From assembly GCA_030704615.1 (NCBI GenBank), contig CM060734.1:13578001-13642000 (forward strand): a stretch of 64,000 bases of DNA, written 5' to 3'. Of this stretch, positions 45,901-57,170 are shown in pieces. The notes beneath the pieces were generated by a model that was not told the DNA's origin, searched no databases, and was given only the letters and a program-made list of their open reading frames with translations. The position numbers and the translations under genes were made by a program. This DNA comes from Takakia lepidozioides (taxonomy: Eukaryota > Plantae > Bryophyta). Positions within the stretch are counted from its first letter, which is position 1. Each line of letters starts with the position of its first letter.

Positions 45901-48811
45901 AAATAAACAGTCAAGCGGAAAGATGTACGAAGGCAGAAGAAGAGAATGTTGAGCAAATGAAACTCATTGTCGATATGAAGAATACAATCTGTCGCAATGA
46001 GGATACTTTCAAGCAATACAGGCAGGTTGAAGCTGACCAAGAGAGGCACATCCTGGAGTTGCAACAAACGGTCATGGCCAATAGAAATGAAATCTCGGTC
46101 ACTAACAAGGCTTGGAAGGAAGCCAATAATCTACTTGCTGCCTATGCGAATTTGGTTGAACCTCATGCGAAGCGCATGGAGGCTTTACAACAGCAGTTAG
46201 ATGTGTACAAACTCAGAGAGGAGCACACTCTCAGAGGAACCACAAGCAACTTGGTGGATAACCACCTTATGCAGGTCTGGTTAGCACAAGGGCCAGTGGA
46301 GGGCAAAGCACCACGAAAGCTCACCCAAAGCGAGATGAATGAGCTCAGGCTGCAAGTGCATAACATTGCCACAACTACTATAGACAATGTCTATAGTAGG
46401 ATAGCGGAGTTACAAGAGGATGTAGACGGCCTGCAGACTCAAGTGGAGGACCTCACTTCAAATATCGACAAGAGAGTCTGTATACCTAAGGAATAGCTAA
46501 TGGCTTCTTATTTACAAGCCAAAACTTTGGCTTTTCAGTCTTCTTCACAGGAGGTGCAGGAGATGCCAATGATACAAGAGCCAGTACCACCAACACCAGA
46601 ACAAGTCACTGTGCCAATAGCTGACCCTGTTGTTAATACAGCCACACCACAGCCACCACAGCCTGAGGTATGGGGGAATGCTGCTTTTAACCCACCTAAG
46701 ACTCCAGCTGCAAGGGAGTACAGTAGGGCTATGATTATGCCCTTCAACCAAATTCCCATTGTGTTGGATTTGGCTTGGAAAGAATTTAGTCCTCCGCAAT
46801 CATTAGCACATTACTATCAAATCATGCACATTTGGCTTCCAGTGGCAACTAGGACTAAAGTTCTTCCGAACAATCGACCAATAGAGGATCATCACTTTGC
46901 ACAATACTGGCATGAGGCAGGTACCATGTTGAAGGAATTAATTGCCTTCCAAATTGTACATGGATTCATTTATACCAAGACCAAGGAGGTAGCAAGTATT
47001 GTCATGGGCTGCGGGTTATACTACGCTACTTGTTTTCTGGTACGTTATCACATTGAGCAGCACAAGATGCAATCGCGCTTTCTGAGTTATTCCAGTGGGG
47101 ATCATTGGGTCTTACCTTCAGTGCCACCTCATATGTACCTATATGAGGCAAAAGTTATGATGCAAAAGGATTCTCAAATTCGTTCATGGTTTCAAGCGGC
47201 CTGGAACAATTTGTCAACGCAGAAATTTGGCCCTGACGATATTTTCTTTAAGGGACATGAGGCATGGAAATACTTGCACAATTCCCAAGTCATTGGTACC
47301 CCACTCACCTGGACAGACAAGGAGCTCAGGGTCTTCACCAATTTTACCATTCAGCGTTTACAGCAAGTTTTAAAGTTTAAACTTCCAGACATGGTAGGAC
47401 AACATTGTATGCCCCAGAGGATTCCACCAAAAGCTTGGCAGTTAAAACACCTGAGAGGCGATGAGGATTCTGATACAACTGTTTCTTCAGCGGACTCTTT
47501 TGACATGGGAGAAGACTATGCAATTCAGATGGCAGAGAAGAAACGACGGGGGTCTCCTATGCCTGAAAGATTACCTCGATATCAGCCTCCAGAGGGCCTT
47601 ACATATCCAGGTAGTGTTCAATCATCTCCGTCAACCAGTGACAGACCTCGGGCTCGTACACACAGTCCGCCACGAAACTCTCAACGTCAGAAAGGTGCTC
47701 GCTCACAAAGGTTTGCTAATCCCAATCAGTAAACCGTGAGGACACGGCTTTTTGAGAGGGGAAGGGGTAATGTTGGAGGACTGTTTGGGACTTAGACACT
47801 TTTACTAGATCTGTGGGGTACCCTTAATTTTTGAACAGACTGAGACCAACAGGAGCCTTAGGGGTGACAACAACGCACTTTAGGGGGGGGGTTACACAGC
47901 CCGTCACAGCCAACACAGCCCGTCACAGTCCGGCACAGCTCGTCACAGCCAACACAGCCCGTCACAGTCCGGCACAGCTCGTCACAGCCAACACAGCCCG
48001 TCACAGTCCAACACAGCCAGTCACAGCCAACACAGCCCGACACAGCCCAACACAGTCGCATAGCCAGTCACAGCCCGACACAGCCGGTTACAGCCGGTCA
48101 CAGTTTCACACAGCCAGTCACAGCTTGACACAGCTGTCACGACCATAGGGAACAGATAGTAGAACAGGGAACGACTGTGGGGAACAACACCTGCGAATGG
48201 AACATGTTAGTTCACGGATGACGGTTAGTGAGGGAAACGGTTAGAACAACGGGTAGGAAGATAAAGCTAGGAGCAAGGACTGGAAAAGGATCAATTCTTG
48301 GATCACTTCTAGGGGGAATCACTGCTCGGGGGGACTTCGGACATCACTGGGAGAAATGAGGCAGAGAGCGTATCTCTGAGCAGAAAGAGGGAGAGCACGG
48401 AGTAGGAGGAGGACGATCTGTTGATGCTTAATGAATGCAGGCAGTAGAATTGTAATGTAGAGCAGATTAGAGACTCCATGGCTTCAGCCTGATACTTGAT
48501 AGATATTAATCTGATACACACTTCATACTCACACTATGTAGAGAGATCTGAGTGAAGCTGTGGAATGAATGGATGAGTTGATGGAATCCGATAGATTGAT
48601 GAAGCAAACTGATACTTAATTACCAACAGTAAGATAACTAGCTAACATGAATGTGAGAAGGAAAACAAATAGGAAACACCCCCATGATACACTAGCTGTA
48701 GGTCATGACTGATTGTTCTGAGCGGGCTGAGTACTTAGAGATTTCCAACTCTTCTATCTTGGAGTTTCCGCCTCGGATAGCAAAGGGATGGGTGAGTAAA
48801 AGCCGCGCGAC
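42918..48811 (+). mobile_element. 3' part of a Ty3/gypsy element: integrase tail, minisatellite, long extra ORF region, PPT, probable 3' LTR
   Basis: Starts with a KLKSPWKGPY...RVNANKLK tail. Stop-interrupted extra ORFs with a coiled-coil region span 44289-47732. Purine tracts lie at ~47754 and ~47882. The LTR-like block ends GCGCGACA at ~48811; LTR limits are uncertain. Confidence 0.75.
43188..43490 (+). repeat. 30-bp minisatellite (~10 copies)
   Basis: Unit ACAGCCTATCACAGCCCATCACGGCGCGAC and variants. A related CACAGCC repeat occurs at 47895-48140. Confidence 0.9.
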
Positions 48812-48822
48812 AAGTACCCTCA

Positions 48823-49840
48823 AGGCAAAGCCCTTCAATACATCTGCTTGGTATTCTTCAAGCTAAAACGATATGAATATATCTGCCTTAAACAAGTTAA
48901 AACAGTAAAACCAGATCTGTTTCAGACTCAAAGGGTGGTTCCAAAGGCATAGCTTGGCAACCTTAAAACAGATGTTATGTAATCTGAAAAGCCCGTCACG
49001 CCAGGTGCTTGGCCTGTTTTAAACTCAACGGTTAATTCAAAGATGCTGCTTGGTACACCTAAAGCAGCCAGTATGTAGTCTGAAGAGCCAAAACAGCTTA
49101 GACATTCTGTTTTAAATTCAGAACGTAGTTCCAAAGACCTGCTTGATAAATCAGACCATACAGCCTGTAATTTGCTCAAAGGGTGGTTCCAAAGGCATTG
49201 CTTGGCAACCTTAAAACAGATGTTATGTAATCTGAAAAGCCCATCATGCCAGCAGCTTGGTAATCTCTAAGTTCGAACAGTGTAGTCATGACTGTTTTAG
49301 TCTTAGAACTCTAACCTCAATGTACTCCTTGGTACTTACCATGTTAAAACAACATAAGAAGGGACGTTTTAAGCATCACTGGATAGCTTTAGGTCTGGAG
49401 ATGTTACTCCAGCACCATATCAATATGATGCCAAAGTTCATACTGGTATCATGCTAGAAAAACTGACTTATAATCAGGTTAAAAACCCCCGAGTCTTAAT
49501 AGAACGTGTGTATTCTATAAAGCTCAGCAGATTGCCATATTGTTCAACAGAAGCAGTTGGTTGCAATCATAAAAAAACAAAAAAGGAATCGTATCGGATG
49601 CCCCACTTAAGCGGTATTCAGCGTCAATCGTCACCATCGCCAAGTCTTTTGATCATCTGCAAACTGTTCAAAAATACATATTAAGTGAAGACCCTCACCT
49701 GTGCCCGTCCCCAAAACCACCACATCAAGATGGGTGTTAGTGAGGATGCACCAGGTGAGTAGCAGGTCTTCACAATTGCTCAACGTGCATTCTACTGTGA
49801 GCAAATTGATCAAAAGAAGAACAGAGATGCGACACCACTA
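48823..49840. repeat. Unclassified ~1-kb repeat, inverted copy of 54406-55439
   Basis: The reverse complement matches at both ends and internally. It contains an internal ~200-bp tandem substructure. Confidence 0.88.
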
Positions 49841-50607
49841 AGAACCTTAATCGTTTGTGGAGTGGGACGCTGCGGCGTTCAACATCTGAATCTCAAGAGA
49901 TCACAATAGAATGCAACAAAATGGGAGACTTGAGGAAAATTGCATCTTTACAAAGTGCAAGTTAACTTCCCCCATCTCCTTAAGAGCGCCGCTGCTTCAC
50001 GAATGCGAAAGATTGCAGGCAAACACAGCAGTAGGTCGTTTGCCAGCACGGGAAATGGAAGTACCTGCCGCCATCGCGCATTAAAAAAACAAAGCGTGCG
50101 CAGGCCGTGCTGCTCGAGCACTCAGCCGCCATGATCGCCCTCCACCAGAGAAAACAAGCACGAGTTACATCCTCGGTGGTAAAGTTCAAGACAATAAATC
50201 ATCCAGTTAGGGAGTGTACCTGGCATAGTTTTCATCCGGTATGGATGAAATCCAAAACATATTCCATTAGGGATTAGAAAGAAGGTATTTCCAAACCAGA
50301 TAGGCTTAGGAAAAAAATTGTTAATCCCAAACAGATAATTGGAGAGAGGGAGAGAGGGGGCACCCACCATCCAACCCCTGGTATGGCAGTCCCTTATGGA
50401 GTGAGTTTGGTATGCACTCACTCCGTAAGGGAGTGCGCATACCAGACCCATTCTCATAAGGCTCTCCCTCTACAATGTAGTTCTATCCTTGGACTTGAAT
50501 ACCAAATGGATAAAAGGCCTGCATTCTCTCTGCTCTCAGATTACGAGTGAACATTGGCACAACATAATTCAAACTTGGCAAGAGTTCAAAAATTACAGGT
50601 GTTCTTC

Positions 50608-50855
50608 AAATGGCAAGAAGGGCCCCACTCCTATCTATCGCACGTGATGGCTTAACCTAACAGCTGTCATATATGGCTACGATCGTCCTACAACCATAAA
50701 GAACTAACCGTCTCGACCCAATCTATCGGCTGTGACAAACGGCGACGCTTTGTACACTCATAATGACTCTCTGTACCCTTCGCATTTACTTCATTCATTC
50801 GAGATAATATAGTTTTCAAAAAAATAAAAATAAAAATTGTATTGACTAATAGCTG
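50608..50855 (-). repeat. Fragment of the gypsy LTR-like sequence at 35265-35512
   Basis: Direct near-identical match (AAATGGCAAGAAGGGCCCC...GACTAATAGCTGA). Confidence 0.9.
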
Positions 50856-53028
50856 AAAACCATCGGGGCATCGGAGGAGGTGCAGGAGGGGACCCAAGGG
50901 AGTGACTCGGACGACGACTTTGTTGAAGGTCCTGCGACTGTTGTTGCTGCTACCAAGTCACCGGTCGTCCGGGTTCCCAAGTCAGTTCGGAGTGGGACTG
51001 GCTCTACCAAGAAGTTGGCATTTGAGGGCGAGCCTACACGGCAGTATTCGGCGGTGATGTTTTCGCACAGGCCAAAGCTAGAACCTCCAACCATCATCCA
51101 ATGCGTCAATGAGAGCTTCCTTGACGCTCTCGCTGCCAGGGCAAAGAATGTGGCACACAGCAAGTCTTTGGCGGAGCAGAAGGGGAAAGCCAAGAAGAGG
51201 GCTGCCGGTACAGAGCCTAAAGACACCCCTGGTTTTGAAGCCATGATGGAATTCTTCACGGTTGTGAGCATGGATTGCAAGAGCACTCGGGGGGGGGGGT
51301 TTGAGGTGGAGAGAGCTTGCGATATGATTCTCCTCGACATTCCAGATGGGGAGCTGCTGGAGGGCCTGGATGGTGTGCCCACCTGGAACAGGTTTACTGA
51401 GGACTACTGGAAAGCCGGGTTTGGGCTCGCGGGGATGCTCCTGGATGACGGTGGATGTGTGGTTGTCCTTGCCACGAGAGGGAAGACCACAGAGAATGCG
51501 GTGGCAAGATGGACACCAAAAAGTGTCACCCCGGTCCTCCTCAGAAAATGGTTCTGCATCAATACACAGGGGTTGCGAACAGAGGGCCAAAGTGTAAGTT
51601 ATCAATCTATTGCATTCACCTCATATTGTGGTGTATCTAAACTAGATCCCGGAGTTGATCCCTCTTTTGTTGGATGTGCAGACATTGGTGTTTGAGGCAT
51701 ATTGCTTTGTGAAGAGAGGGTCTACGTTCAAATTCCGCAACGACGGTCGTCTTGTTGATGCCGCTGTGGACCCTGTTACCTACGATGTCCTCTACAACTA
51801 TGTGCCCCACTCCAGTATGCCGAAGGACACAAAGACAGGCAAACCGTGGCGGTACAGCCGGACCCGGAGCCCTGCTTTCATCCAAACCCTCATGGAGACG
51901 TGCTCGGATGTCCAAGGGCGGATTGTGGACCTCACATGCGGCACGGGTAAGCCTTCACGTGCTCAGTTTGTCCCCTGGCCCGATTGCAATTGCATGCCGC
52001 AAGCTATTAACCGCCCGCTTTGTTCCTCAGGTGCTTCAATGTGGGCAGGGACGTTGTCCGATAGGCATGTGTTCGCCTTCGAGCCAGATACTGCCCTCCA
52101 CAACTCGGAACTTGCAGCGGCTGAACGTCTGCCAAAAGAGGAAGAGGCATCCTCGGAGGATGAGGAAAAATCCGAGAAGGAGCAGGGGGAGGAACAAGTT
52201 GGGATCGAGGCCGAGGAGCCCCCGGTGTACGAGTGAGTGGTCGCATTGTAAGTTGCCTCCAGATTTCATGAGGCACCTCCCTTCGCTCTCTTATTTCATT
52301 GAAAACCCTTTCTGCTTCTGCTGGTATTGACATTCTTGAAGTGGATTTGTTCTTACTGTAGGATGCCAAGTACGGCAGGAGGGACGTCTACACCGGAGTT
52401 CATGGGCAGGAGGAACGTGCATTTTTTTGCCAGGGGGATTTCATGCCTAGTCGAGAAAGGGACTATATCCTTCCTACTTATGCTGCCCGGCTTGCTTCGG
52501 TGTCCATTAGGAGGTGTTCCGAACCTAGTCGTGTACAGCAGATTTAGATGAGGCAAGCCTCAAGAAAATGAAGATGAGGGAGGAGGCAGCAGCTATTAGA
52601 GCCCGTCGGGCTCGTAGATTTGTCTTGGATTCTGCTGAGGAAAGTGGGGGAGACGAGGCAGAAGATTCCCAGGAGGTGAGGTGGACAGTCCCCCAAGGAG
52701 AGGACGGCATTTTTGAGAGGCATACTGCAACCGATGCATCACAGAGCTCGGAGGATGGGGGGATGAGGGGGATGAGGAAGAAGGAGGGCCAAGTTCCTCG
52801 GAAGGTGTAGGAGAGTAGTTCCCATTCCTGCTATGACAGTTATGACACACTTGTATAGACGTGGCTTGCCACAAAATTTGCAATAAAATGTTGCATTTCA
52901 TTGCTATGACGAGTCCACATGACCCTATTTCCGTGCCTCCTAACCCTATTTCCGTGGACAGACAATGGCCCGCTCATGCTTTTTTTTTTCCCGCTCATGC
53001 TCATGCCGCTCATGAAATAGCAGCCCCC
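50856..53028 (-). mobile_element. Left-end fragment D of the MULE-like group carrying the MTase exons
   Basis: Ends GCTCATGAAATAGCAGCCCCC with CATGAGC repeats and two CCCTATTTCCGTG motifs. The MTase gene points toward this end, as in element A. Confidence 0.88.
50880..52236 (+). CDS. Amino (N4C/N6A)-DNA methyltransferase-like domain, 5'-truncated; exons ..51593, 51682-51946, 52031-52236
   Basis: The spliced frame is open with canonical GT-AG introns: CDMILLDIPDG...LLDDGGCVVVL...|TLVFEAYCFVK...PWRYSRTRSPAFIQTLMETCSDVQGRIVDLTCGT|GASMWAGTLSDRHVFAFEPD, then an acidic tail. Confidence 0.82.
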
Positions 53029-54405
53029 CTTTGAGAGGAGAGGATGTCGCTTGGGCGGAGTTAATGTACAATGGATTGGTGGACGAGATGAAGAGGTTAC
53101 AGGGAACTGCTGCTAAGTCTCCAATCATTGTGTCCGGTCCAGTCATTGCCTAGATAATTCTTGATTCTTGCATACTTGATACTCGGGAACGTAAGGAGAT
53201 GGGAGTGTTTGAGGCAGAAACCACTGCAATTGAAGAGCAAGGCTCTTCACACAGTGAGGGTGGACTGGCAGCGCAACACTAGTCTAAGAGACAGAGGCGG
53301 GGTAAGACTGTAGTGGCGGATCCACTGGCTTCACGGAAACCGCACGATAATGTTTCCCAAGCTCTTGTGCAGGATGGGGCACAGCAGCACAGAGAGCTGC
53401 TATTATTGGAAGCAGGGCCTTCAGAGAGGGAAGAGGAAGTCACTTTGATGTCACAGCCACCACAACCAATTGACTCTGTTGTTTTAGAGGTTCCACAGTT
53501 AGTATATGCTGTGGCATCACCCCCAATTGCTCTGGAAGGAGAAAGGTTGGACATTCCCACTACAGAGCAGGTCGTGGCCGAAATTGAGAAGGGTGACCTT
53601 CTCTATGAAAATTCTGGCTTGGTAAGGGAATCAGTGATTCCAGAGGTGCAGCGGTTGTCCAGGGGAAACCCTGCTGTGCATGTAATACCCACACCTGTGA
53701 CGGAGGTAACCAGGGGTAGAATATCAAGACACTGCAGCACTTGAGGCGGATGAGGTGGTTCAGGAAGAAAATCTGGTGGGGCAATGGTCTGAATGGTTCG
53801 TGAGGCATCACACTGTTGAGGATCAGGGAGAACAGCAGCAAGCTCACCATGATGACCCTCAGCAGGCCATGCTTATGAGTTCCATAAGCAGGACACTTAA
53901 TTTGTTGGGCACTTATGTGAAATCCCATGTTCCATCTACCCAATTGGCAGCTTTGAGGGAGGAACTCAGGAAGGAGTTTGAGGCTCGACTTGCCACTGAG
54001 TGTGCAAACAAGGTCGATGAGGAGGTCACTCTCAAGTTACAGCAAGAGTTAGAGAATACAAAAGCCGCTTTGCAGTTGGCCAATGAACACTTGATTGAAG
54101 CAGGCCTCGCGCAGGACCAGTTGCACGAAGCACATAAGCAACAACTATACCAAATGCAGGTGAGGCATGAGAGCAAGTTGCAAGAAGTGAATGCACTACA
54201 TACGGAGTTGCAGACATTACATGAGAGGATGGCCATACAATGTGCTACACTCACAACTACTCTTCAGCACACTACATTAGAAGTTAACAGACAAGGGGAG
54301 ATATTAATGAAGGCAGAGGCAGAGAATGTCGAGCAGGCGAAACTCATTGTTGATATAAAGAATACAATCTGTCGCAATGAGAATACTTTCAAGCAATATA
54401 GGCAG
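53029..54405 (+). mobile_element. Diverged second copy of the gypsy extra-ORF region (cf. 44657-46027)
   Basis: Collinear protein match: ADPLASR.PHDNVSQ, LNLLGTYVKSHVP, LREELRKEFEARLATEC. Confidence 0.88.
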
Positions 54406-56150
54406 GTTAGTGGTGTTGCATCTTTGTTCTTCTTTTGATCAATTTGCTCACTGTAGAATGCATGTTGGACATGGATAGCAACTGTGAAGACCTACTACTC
54501 ACTTGGTGCATCCTCACTAACACCCATCTTGATGTGGTGGTTTTGGGGACGGGCACAGGTGAGGGTCTGCACTTAATATGTATTTTTCAGTTTGCGGATG
54601 ATCAAAAGACTTGGCGATGGTGACGATTGACGCTGAATACTGCTTCAGTGGGGCATCCGATACGATTTCTTTTTGTTTTTTTATGATTGCAACCAACTCC
54701 TTCTGTTGAACAATATGGCAATGTGCTGAGCTATACAGGCGTTCTATTAAGACTCGGGGTTTTTAACCTGATTATAAGTCAGTTTTTCTAGCATGATACC
54801 AGTATGAACTTTGGCATCATATTGATATGGTGTTGGAGTAACATCTCCAGACCTAAAGCTATCCAGTGATGCTTAAAACGTCCCTTCTTATGTTGTTTTA
54901 ACATGGTAAGTACCAGGGAGTACTTTTTGGACATTGAGGTTAGAGTTCTAAGACTAAAACAGTCAGGACTACACTGTTCTAACTTAGAGATTACCAAGCT
55001 GCTGGCATGATGGGCTTTTCATATTACATAACATATGTTTTAAGGTTACCAAGCAATGCCTTTGGAACCACCCTTTGAGCAAATTACATGCTGTCTGGTC
55101 TGATTTATCAAGCAGGCCTTTGGAACTACGTTCTGAATTTAAAACAGAATGTCTAAGCTGTTTTGGCTCGATGGCTTTTCAGACTGCATACTGGCTGCTT
55201 TAGGTGTACCAAGCAGCATCTTTGAAATTAAGCGTTGAGTTTAAAACAGGCCAAGCACCTGGCATGACGGGCTTTTCAGATTACATAACATCTGTTTTAA
55301 GGTTGCCAAGCTATGCCTTTGAAACCATCCTTTGAGTCTGAAACAGATCTGGTTTTACTGTTTTAACTTGTTTAAGGCAGATATATTCATACTATTTTAG
55401 CTTGAAGAATACCAAGCAGATGTATTGAAGGGCTTTGCCAAATTACCACCATCTGGTCTGAGTTATGAAGCAGGTTTTTGGAACTACTCTCTGAGTTTAA
55501 AACAAACTGTCTAAGCTGTTTTGGCTTGATGGCTTTTCAGATTACATAATGGCTGCTTTAGGTGTACCAAGCAGTATCTTTGAAATTAACCATTGAGTTT
55601 AAAACAGGCCTGGTTACGCTATTATAAGTTTGAAAAGTACCAAATAGTACTTTTGGACATACCCAGTGATTTGAAAGCAAGACCTTTGCACACTGTTTTG
55701 ACTTGGAAAAATACCAAGCAGTGGGCTGGTCTGGCTTTTTCAAAATACATAATGTCTGGTTTAATTTTTCAAACTGGGCTTTTTGGAATACCCTCTGAGC
55801 TGGTGTTGTCCATAAAGTTCTGATTATGCTCAATGTAGCACTCCTGCTCTGATTGAGTTTTGGAGAGATGATGGAAATCCAGATCCAGACCTTTATGCAT
55901 TCATGGAACATAGACTAAATTATCAGGTTGGGCTTTTGGAATTGCAACACCTGCAACTCGTTTTTAAAGGCTCAAGTGTTTCTGCTGATGGTATGTACAA
56001 AGGGTGGTGTTTGTCCTGGTTTTTTATTATTATAATAAAAACAAGACTCCTTCAATGATGAATGACATCTGATTCTAGGGTGATGGTTGTCTTGGAAATC
56101 CCACCCTCCCACCCTAACTTTTCATGTACTTTCAGGAAGATGACATGAGT
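54406..56150. repeat. Unclassified repeat with ~200-bp internal tandem units
   Basis: GGCTTTTCAGATTACATA and GGTGTACCAAGCAG motifs recur. The first 1 kb mirrors 48823-49840. The right limit is approximate. Confidence 0.7.
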
Positions 56151-56704
56151 TTCTATCAAGTAAGATACTGTCTATGCGAGGTGAAGTTAGATAGTGCCTT
56201 GTCATGAGGTTGATTTGCATTCTCATAAAGAAACCGTGCCACAACCTTGGCTGTATCGGTGCGGGTGGCCATTGCTTCAGCCCACTTAGTCACGTATTCG
56301 GTCGCAATATCGCTTCTGACCATTGCATCATCCCACGGAGGTTTGCTATTTCATGAGCATGAGCGGCATGAGCGGCATGAGCAGAGTAGTAACACAATCG
56401 GTTTTCATGAGCAGAAGTACAAATTTCGAAAATAAAAAACAAAAAAAAACAATAATTTAATGCAATGTGTCAGGAAAAACAAATATATTATTCGGCCCCT
56501 TGAAGGGAAAATTGCAGTTTTGACAGTTGTGCTCATGATATTTCGTCTTCCGCTCATGCCAATTCCCAGCGACATGTGCAAATATGGCGCCGAATTTCGC
56601 GGTAATAGGGTCCGTAACCTGAAAAAACTGCGACGTATTTCACGGTAATAGGTCTCTCTCGCGAAAAATGGTGCCGAATTCCGCGGCTATAGGTCCCCTC
56701 ATGA

Positions 56705-57015
56705 CAGGTAATTCGGCGCCATTTTTCCAGTGCATGTTCGAACTTAGCCAGTTTTCGGCGCAAAATAGGGAAATTCGTCGCCATTTTTCCAGACACTGTA
56801 CCAGTGCATGTTGGGACTTAGCCAGTTTTTGGCCCAAAAAAGAGAAATTCGGCGCCATTTTTCCAGACACGGTACCAGTGCATGTTGGGACTTAGCCAGT
56901 TTTCGGCCCCAAAAAGAGAAATTCGGCGCCATTTTCCTAGACACAGGTACCAGTGCATGTTGGGACTTAGCCAGTTTTCGGCCCCAAAAAGAGAAATTCG
57001 GCGCCATTTTTCCAG
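56705..57015. repeat. Subterminal ~74-bp tandem repeat (~4 copies) of element C
   Basis: CAGTGCATGTTGGGACTTAGCCAG...GAAATTCGGCGCCATTTT units start at 56728, 56802, 56876 and 56951. Confidence 0.9.
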
Positions 57016-57170
57016 AAATGGCCCCACAACTGCTTCTGTTGGATCTCAGTTTGAATGGAATATTGCCTCATTCCAGGAGTTTTGGGGTGCAATTCATTAC
57101 ACTGCAAAAAAAAGTCTGATACAGCAAAATGCATTTGAAAATATCCATATGGAGGATTCCGTTTGCCCCA

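Noticed and set aside
48823-55439. 1-kb inverted repeats as TIRs of a composite element enclosing the MTase
   Set aside because: There is no flanking TSD, the right copy continues past 55439, and the interior is a patchwork of unrelated fragments.
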